From: Cyanophora paradoxa CCMP329
Lineage: Eukaryota; Plantae; Glaucophyta
Assembly (NCBI GenBank): GCA_004431415.1
Contig: QPMI01000486.1
Coordinates: forward strand, 1-39,690
Length of the DNA: 39,690 bases
Reading direction: 5' to 3'
Below the pieces are notes generated by a model, which saw only the letters and a program-made list of their open reading frames with translations, was not told the origin of the DNA and ran no database searches. Position 1 is the first letter of the stretch, and every line of letters begins with the position of its first letter. Shown here in pieces: positions 32,786-39,690 of the stretch. Position numbers and translations under genes: made by a program.

Positions 32786-33724
32786 TTAAGAATTTTTAAT
32801 AGCCCCATTAACATCTTTTTCGGTGTATGCAATTCGCAGCAGGGCAATACCATTTGTTGCACAGTATCTACTTTTGATACTATCGCGCAGTTTTGTCAAT
32901 TGTAGGTGCTCTTCCCCTCCAAAGAATGGAACGGCTTTGAAATGCTGAATTCCGTCATATTCGATTGCAATTTTAAGGCTTGGGATATAGAAGTCAAATC
33001 TAAGACAGTTTTGCAGTTTACAGTCTTCGAATGTGTGTTGTGTTTCAAAATCTAGACCAATATCTTCGAGGACGTTTTGAATAATCATCTCTCCCTTCGA
33101 TAAGTTGCAAGATGGACACCCAGCCCCTTCCAAATGTGAGTTTGGAGTTTGATCGAATTCTTTACCACATGAGCATATTATAGTTACTTTTGTTGCAGAA
33201 GTTTCATATGTAACCTTTCTATAATCATATCTATTTCCATGGATTGCATTTGCTCGCTCAATAAACTCATCAGTAGTTAAACGAAGAGCTTCTGAACTTT
33301 GTTTTCGTCCACAGTCAGGACATCCATTTTTTATATGGATGTGGTTTCGAGGAGAGACATCGAATAACAGCCCACATCCGTTACATTTGAGCTTGACCTT
33401 GTCTTTCATTGTTTCAAACTCCACAAGGCTGTAATCATATTTATCTCCATGTATTTCTTTGGATCGTTCAATAAAGCCTTCCTTAGTAACACGGTGTGCT
33501 TGCTTGGATACCCCATCTTTCCGATTGCACGAATTGCATCCCTGACCATAGATATGTTTTGCAGGCGCTTGCAAGAACTCGCAATTACATTTCTTACAGA
33601 TAATTGTGATTTTCGTGTAACAGCCTGAGTAATTCGCTTTGGAATAATCGTAACGCCCTTCTCCATGAACTTCATTGGCTTTCTGAATGAATGTCTCCTG
33701 AGTGTAAGGTTTTCCCATCGGCAT
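32786..33724 (-). CDS. Free-standing endonuclease: three Zn-ribbon repeats plus C-terminal PD-(D/E)XK/Vsr-like domain
   Basis: 3x FIxxxxxxHG..YDY.....C..C..F...P..H....GC..C, then LRFDFYIP...IAIEYDGIQHF...LLRI. Confidence 0.85.
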   Translation of the reverse strand: MPMGKPYTQETFIQKANEVHGEGRYDYSKANYSGCYTKITIICKKCNCEFLQAPAKHIYGQGCNSCNRKDGVSKQAHRVTKEGFIERSKEIHGDKYDYSLVEFETMKDKVKLKCNGCGLLFDVSPRNHIHIKNGCPDCGRKQSSEALRLTTDEFIERANAIHGNRYDYRKVTYETSATKVTIICSCGKEFDQTPNSHLEGAGCPSCNLSKGEMIIQNVLEDIGLDFETQHTFEDCKLQNCLRFDFYIPSLKIAIEYDGIQHFKAVPFFGGEEHLQLTKLRDSIKSRYCATNGIALLRIAYTEKDVNGAIKNS

Positions 33725-33829
33725 TTTTGATCTTTCCTTCCCTTTACTCTATGTATTTGCCTTTTCTTTAAGTAGTTTTCCTATGGAAACCGTCAGAAAA
33801 ATGACATCAAATTTTGCCCGCGAGATTCC

Positions 33830-35274
33830 TCATGCCGATATTCTACTGAGACCGTTGGCATTCATTACAAGAATATTGTGGCAGTAAGCCGAGATCTGAA
33901 CACCGACCTTTGTCCAGGTGGCGAGGGGTGTGCCATTGGGTGTGAGGATTAGGAAGCTCGACGCTGATTGTGTTAGATCGACGTAGCCAGTCGCCTTCTC
34001 ACCTTTGAGCGCCGCTTTACCATCGAGAGCAAAGCAGAAGCCAGTGTAAATGGGGCGCTTGTTGCTATCGATCCAGTTGGTCATCTTGAATTTATCGGCG
34101 AGCTCCATAGCCGCGGATTGCAGCGGGACACCAGTGTTAGAATATAGGTAATTGTTGTTATTTAGAACTTGCATCACGACATTATCATCGAAGGCAAGGT
34201 GCGGACAGTAGAGTGCCCTCCTTTATTATCGCCCAGTGTGTTTTCGTCGCGAACCTTGACAACAAGTGCGTAAACGAGTCCCGAAATTTGAGATAGTGAC
34301 AGGCGCAGACCAGAGCCGAGAGCAAGACCGGTATAATCCGCAAACTGAATATCAGTGTAGGGGATGGCGATGCCAGAGGTCTTAACACGAGTAATGATTT
34401 CGCCCATCGTTTCCTCATCGATGTTAACAGCATCCATAATAATACGAGGGTCGTCATTTCCAGATTCGCAAGAGCAGGTGTAGGTGTGAGAGCCGCACTA
34501 TCGAAAATCGCAGTGGCATTAGGGTGAGCTAAGGTCTTAATATTTCCGAAAGCAGCCGCAACAGCAAGCGTCGTCTCGCCATCGGTCGAATTGGCAGCAG
34601 TAATTGCAGTCGTGTTATTCTGAGCGTAAACGCCAGGAACCGCCGCAGTTTCGAGCAGCGCAGGGGTTTGGAAATATACTTCGACCGCGATTTCGGATGG
34701 GAGCGCACCGATGGGCACGCCAGCATCGAGGAAGCTCGGAATTCGCATGGTAAAAATGCCACCGGCTTGGTTGCCGCCCTCCACCTTCGGTCCGAGATGC
34801 AGCCCATGCTTGCGCTTCTTTTGGTCGAATTCAGCCGGAGTGTTAGCCAGGAAAGCGTAATCTACCAGTCGCTCAGCGGGAATAATTTGCTCATACGACC
34901 CGTATTTAATGCTGACTCGCTGAACAAACGAGCCAGGAAGCCCGCGGACGAATCCAGTATTGAATAGATCAGCCGAGCAGTCAGCCGAGGTCTTGGCGAT
35001 GGCAGTCAGCGCCTTCGCCGATGGAATGGTAACTTGGAGGCTAATACCATTGCACCAATTGTAGCGAGGGAGATAGAAGACCACACGAGTGGTAGCACCA
35101 GTAGAGGAGAACAGATTGCCGGGATCCGCAATTGGAGCACCTCAACACGAGAAGGCTTGAATTGTTTATCAACGCCCACAATAAATCCGCGATCCAAAAG
35201 CATGCTCTTGTAATCCTCCGGGTTTCCAGGACGGATTTGAGCGTGAGGCGGCTAAGCGAGGTCGTGGGATCCAT
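33830..35274 (-). CDS. Major capsid protein of element B, frameshifted, about 480 aa
   Basis: MDPTTSLSRLTLKSVLET, VFYLPRYNWCNGISL, VPIGALPSEIAVEVYF, SQISGLVYALVVKVRD, GYVDLTQSASSFL, SAYCHNILVMN; colinear with the MCP of C. Confidence 0.8.
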
Positions 35275-35307
35275 ATTTCGTTTTTATCTTCCGCTGAGAA
35301 ATTTATT

Positions 35308-36593
35308 TTAGAAGAACGGATTATTTTTTACAGCCACCCCGCTCAACGCATTCGTTAAATTGCCGCAATGCGGGTAGTCCTCATATAGCATTTTCGCGAA
35401 TCCCTTATTAACAATGCGCTGTAAATCGTCGTCGGGCTCATCCACTCCCATAGTAATTTCCAAAATGAATGTGTGCTCACAGCTTCCGAGGAAATACCTA
35501 TAACCGCTCTCCGTGAGAATTTGAACGGTTAAACTATCAAACGAAAGGCGGGTGTTAAAGTATTTCGTGAAAGCATCCGCCCCATAATTAATTAGCTCAG
35601 CATCCGCATAGGCTGTGCCTTTCGAAATCGGGATCTTAGCGAGGAATCCATTAGTAGCCTCGGTGCATGTCGTAAAAAGCGAGCAGTCCGGCTCTGTGAT
35701 CTTTAAAACTATTGCATTATCCGGTGTATAATCAGGGGCAGTGCCTCCGGCTATGCCTAAGACCAGAGCCGTCGAATTATAATTGCGGAATGCATCACCA
35801 GCTGAGTAAACGACACCGCTCCCAGCGAAGGCTGTGTAGCCCGATCCGTTGTATTGATCTATCATTATGTTCTCTCTGATCGATGTAAACCCGAGAAGAG
35901 TCATCGTGCGATAGGCGAGCACCTTTCTTTCATTCGCAGTAGACGAAGTGGCATTACTCGGACCATATTTAGTGAAAGCTATGTAGACATAATCACTCGA
36001 ATAAAAGCATATGGCATTTAATGTGCTCTCAAAACGGCATCTCACCACCGGGTAAAAGGTTCCCCCTGTCGATGCGTAGCTTGGATTAATTTTTGTGTCG
36101 ATCATATCCTTGATGTAGTTGCCAGTTCCATTTTTCGTTAAGATGTTATCGATTGCAGTGGCAAGGTCGGTTCCAGTCGAGTATGTGCCAGGAGGGATCG
36201 TAATTGCTACGTCTCTGTATCGGGTATATCTTCTGAAAGTGTTTAGGTAATCAGGCGGTATATAGTTGCCTTGGTCGCCGAAATCTATCGCTTTGTATGC
36301 TTCGTATATTGCAGTTGCCTGTGTTTCTCTTATTTCCGCAGTGGCACCATTGAGCTGACCGCTCGAAAATCGGTAAGGAAATGATATGAAAATTGTATTA
36401 GCATCATCGGCTTTCGTCTCCCGATTTCAGTATAGAATTGAGGGCTTGGAACCGTCGGAATCGTGTTGGAAAATTCGATCTGTCGCACAGCGATGCTCTT
36501 CACATTGTGGTATTGCTTTGGAAGGGTCACCTTATAGGAATGAGCCGAGCCCTCTGATCGATCACGGCTACTGATGCTGAGATACTCGCGCAT
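35308..36593 (-). CDS. Minor capsid protein (penton) with large insert, frameshifted
   Basis: MREYLSISSRDRSEGSAHSYKVTLPKQYHNVKSIAVRQIEFSNTI, IPPGTY, LAKIPI, LTVQILTESG...EHTFILEI. Confidence 0.75.
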
Positions 36594-36651
36594 TTTATTC
36601 TTTATTAATAGGAAATAAAAATGATTCGGAAGCCAGTTAACGATTTCTATA

Positions 36652-37587
36652 ATGGCAAGTTTACGAGGGTCAATGTTAATATCGATTCTATTGAGCGCAG
36701 TGCAGGGCACCCGGAGAATATACAGTAAAGCTTTCTCAGCGACTTCTGAACGTAAAAGGGGTGCGCATTGCGAGCGCCGAGCTCCCAAACACGATTTATG
36801 CTGTCACCGATAATTCCAGAGGCGTGACCATACAGGGAATGACGAACAGCATCACCTTTTCCCCTTTCCCTGATATAGGAAACTACACCCCGCGATTTGG
36901 GATATGGTAATAAGAACTTAGGCTATTCGGGCAGCTTTGTAGATGTGGATCCTCTCACAAGCGAAAGCGTCACAGTCTACTACAAGTGGCTCTATAATCC
37001 AGCGACTATGAAAATTACGTTTTATTCGAGCATTCCCTCGCACTGAGCTGTGCACATGACGACTTTGCAAGGTTCCATGGAATGATCAAAGGGCAGATCT
37101 ACCAAACAGCAGTCGCAGAAAAAGGAAGCCCTCATTATCAGGTCTCGTATGCTGATGTGACCCCATTCCACTTGCAGTATTCATTCTTGCAAGCATTCGA
37201 GGGTCGCTCAATATTCCGCCTAATTTACCAATATCCGAGAAATTCCTATACAATGCAGTGACCTTCCCGAATGCGATTAATCTAAATCCGACCCCTATGT
37301 TTACCTACAAATTAAAGAGTTTACTCCCTTTTACGACAGGTATATGGTGGCAGCAAAGACAGATGAGGGCGGAAATGCAAACCTCGCTAAGATCCCACTA
37401 ACCAGCCCTTGGGATCGTTTGTTTACTACCTGACATTCCGCAGAATCGATACTGTGGAGTTCTTTAATTCCCACGATCAGGCTTATGACATAGACACCTC
37501 ACAATTAAATGGCTCGACGCCTACAATAATGTAGTCAACTTTAATGGCGTTAATCACAGCTTTATATTAGAGGTGCTATCGGGTTAA
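36652..37587 (+). CDS. Second penton-like protein, heavily frameshifted and absent from the ORF track
   Basis: Stitched frames: VNIDSIERSAG..., TVKLSQRLLNVKGVRIASAELPNTIYAV, GNYT, LAKIPL, FNGVNHSFILEVLSG*. Confidence 0.65.
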
Positions 37588-37605
37588 AATAATCTTATAT
37601 TACAA

Positions 37606-39690
37606 ATGAGTATCACGAATCTCCCCTTTATCACTCGGGAAACCTTGTATTTGGATGACGGTTTCGAGCTCAGCAGTAACATTACCGCTTCCAATGTGAC
37701 CATATCTTCGAACCTTGTGGTAAAAGACTTTCTATTAAATCAGAGCAACCTTCAATATATTGATATCACCAGCAATCTCCCTTTTACCTATGGCACTGAT
37801 AACTCAGCCCTCGTTATCTATCATGGGGGCTCGCCTGTTGCATTCTTTGGCAGCAATTTCCCCACAGTGCGAACCTTTCAGCACGAAATCAATAAAGCCC
37901 GCCCCATCCACTGACAGCTGTCGTCGAATGGGATCCTGTTAAATATTCGCAGAGCATCACAAGCAATATCACACTCACTCGACCACATTTAATTGAGGTC
38001 ATGGGGTCGACCTTGTAAAGGAGTTTTATAGTGAGCGATTCACAAGAAACGAGCGAGATGTAGCCAGGATCTCGAAATCTCGGGTTTATCAATTGCTACC
38101 GCAGCAAACACGGCAGGGCTCGCTGTTTTAACAGGTGCAATCACCATCACTGATGCGATCATGTATTTATCCCGCGATTTGGTGCCTTTGCTCGATCATC
38201 AGTTTAATCTCGGGCAGTCTAACACTGATGCTGTTAAGAAATGGCTGAATGTGTATGCCTATGATGGGTGGTTTGATGACTTGCACACGACTAACCTTTA
38301 TAGCACGACCTCAAAACAAGTAACATAATCTTGCCTTTCAATCACTCAGTCCGACCCAGTGATTTACCCACTGATGAGAGAGCTCTGATCAGCTATAACG
38401 ACTTTAACAGCAATCTTTCCCGCTCAGTTTCGCGGACTGAGACCTACACTGTCGAGGGATACCCTCAGCAGCTCGCAAATGGGGTCTATGTCGCTTATGT
38501 AGGCAAACCTACATATACATTCACTTGGGATCAGTTGGGTGTCACAGGTTTGGAGAGTATACCACTGTTTCATTGGTGGATCACACAACTTATTATAATC
38601 CTATCACTAACAATAATGAATCTAATAAAGCGTTTATCCAAAATGTCACCTCCACAGGGTTTCAGGTCTCGTTTGTCATTAACGAGACATACAATTTACT
38701 TATCATCCGAAACAACTCATTGAGTTCCGAAGCTACTATTAGTTTCACTCTCACCATCAATTACATTAGCCCTGTATTCGATAGCAAACCCAGAGTAAAG
38801 GTTTACCGAGATTTACAAGGTAGCAATATCGTGCCCTTCTCACAGAATTTCGATCTTGGGCGAATTCTTTAAGGTGGAACACAGTTTATACTTTGAGTGC
38901 AAACACCTGTAATATTGTGGTCGCAGGATCATCGGCTACTATTGGAGAATTGACCGCCCTTTTAGAAAGGAGTTTCTCAAAGAACTGTATATAACGAAGT
39001 CTGATTTACCAGATGCTATTTCGTTGGTGCTCTCCCAACTCCCAGTATATCCTATCACAATGTGAAAGACACCAGTAATGTAGTGCAGAGGGGAAGCAAA
39101 GTATTCCAGGCATCCGAGATATCAGCAACAACATATAGATACCTTGCAGCGGTTCCAGCGAATTTTAATTTCACATTTGAGACACCATTTGTTTCCCCTC
39201 CTACTATTGAAATAACTGACACGAATTTGTATGTGGTAAATGATGGGTCAGCTACATCACTTCAAAATGCACCAGCCGGCTACTCTCCATTTGTCGCAAC
39301 AAATATAACAACAACCGGCTTTACACTTGTCGGAAATGCAACAGTGACATATGCTCTGACAGCATATCCTGTTGGGTTGTATTTGCGAAATTTAATCTTT
39401 CAGCGATCCCACCTGTGTCCCTTTCTCCTCCTTTACTATAAGTTGGAAGGCAACAGGAACTATTCCGCGATTCGACCCGAAGACCGCTTGAAAATTAGGT
39501 ATCCTCTCGATGTGACCGACCTTCATACTACGAGAATCAATGGGCAGAATTTCGTATTTAATGGAACCAATGCAACTCTGATCGATAATCGAGTAACGAA
39601 TAATTACTTTTTCGATTCTCGATATATTAATACTTGCAATATTGTCATACAGAACACGTTTGAGAATCGAAGTAAGACCTTATCAGTCAC
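37606..39690 (+). CDS. Putative fibre/spike protein, frameshifted, runs off the window
   Basis: SNIT/SNVT/SNL repeats, then tail-fibre-like repeats LVPLLDHQFNLGQS...KWLNVY and NIVPFSQNFDLG...RWNTVY, and FTFETPFVSPP...TTTGFT. May be more than one gene. Confidence 0.55.

Larger units (their letters stand above)
9368..39690. mobile_element. Element B: outer Polinton/Polinton-like virus, interrupted by element C; left terminus not identified, right end outside window
   Basis: rve integrase, pPolB, primase-helicase, A32 ATPase, MCP, pentons and fibre. Both flanks of C are linked by the split primase-helicase gene and a shared 25-bp upstream motif (11476, 29913, 30354). Confidence 0.8.

Overview
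This window looks like a cluster of endogenous Polinton-like/virophage-like DNA virus elements, most likely in a eukaryotic genome. Many single-base indels split genes, probably from long-read consensus error. (A) 1-~6618 is a GC-rich virus-like gene block. It encodes a large Cys-pair plus HUH (rolling-circle-type) endonuclease protein, small membrane proteins, a penton-like protein and a long coiled-coil protein, and ends in a 28-bp hairpin. (Spacer) ~6620-9360 is AT-rich and non-coding, with three full copies and one partial copy of a ~220-bp GGTGGG inverted-box module plus a hierarchical tandem repeat. (B) ~9368 to beyond 39690 is an outer Polinton-like element: rve integrase, pPolB, RING protein, AEP primase-PriCT2-SF3 helicase, A32 packaging ATPase, free-standing endonuclease, major capsid protein, two penton-like proteins and a fibre. 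(C) 17895-29166 is a complete 11,272-bp second Polinton-like element: TGT...ACA ends, short imperfect terminal inverted repeats, gctt/gctc flanks, rve integrase, pPolB-SF1 helicase-HNH fusion, penton, MCP, ATPase, RING protein. It sits inside the primase-helicase gene of B, and excising it restores that reading frame. A fourth full copy of the GGTGGG module abuts the stop codon of B's helicase and looks like a replication origin. All family calls come from motifs read by eye; no database search was run.
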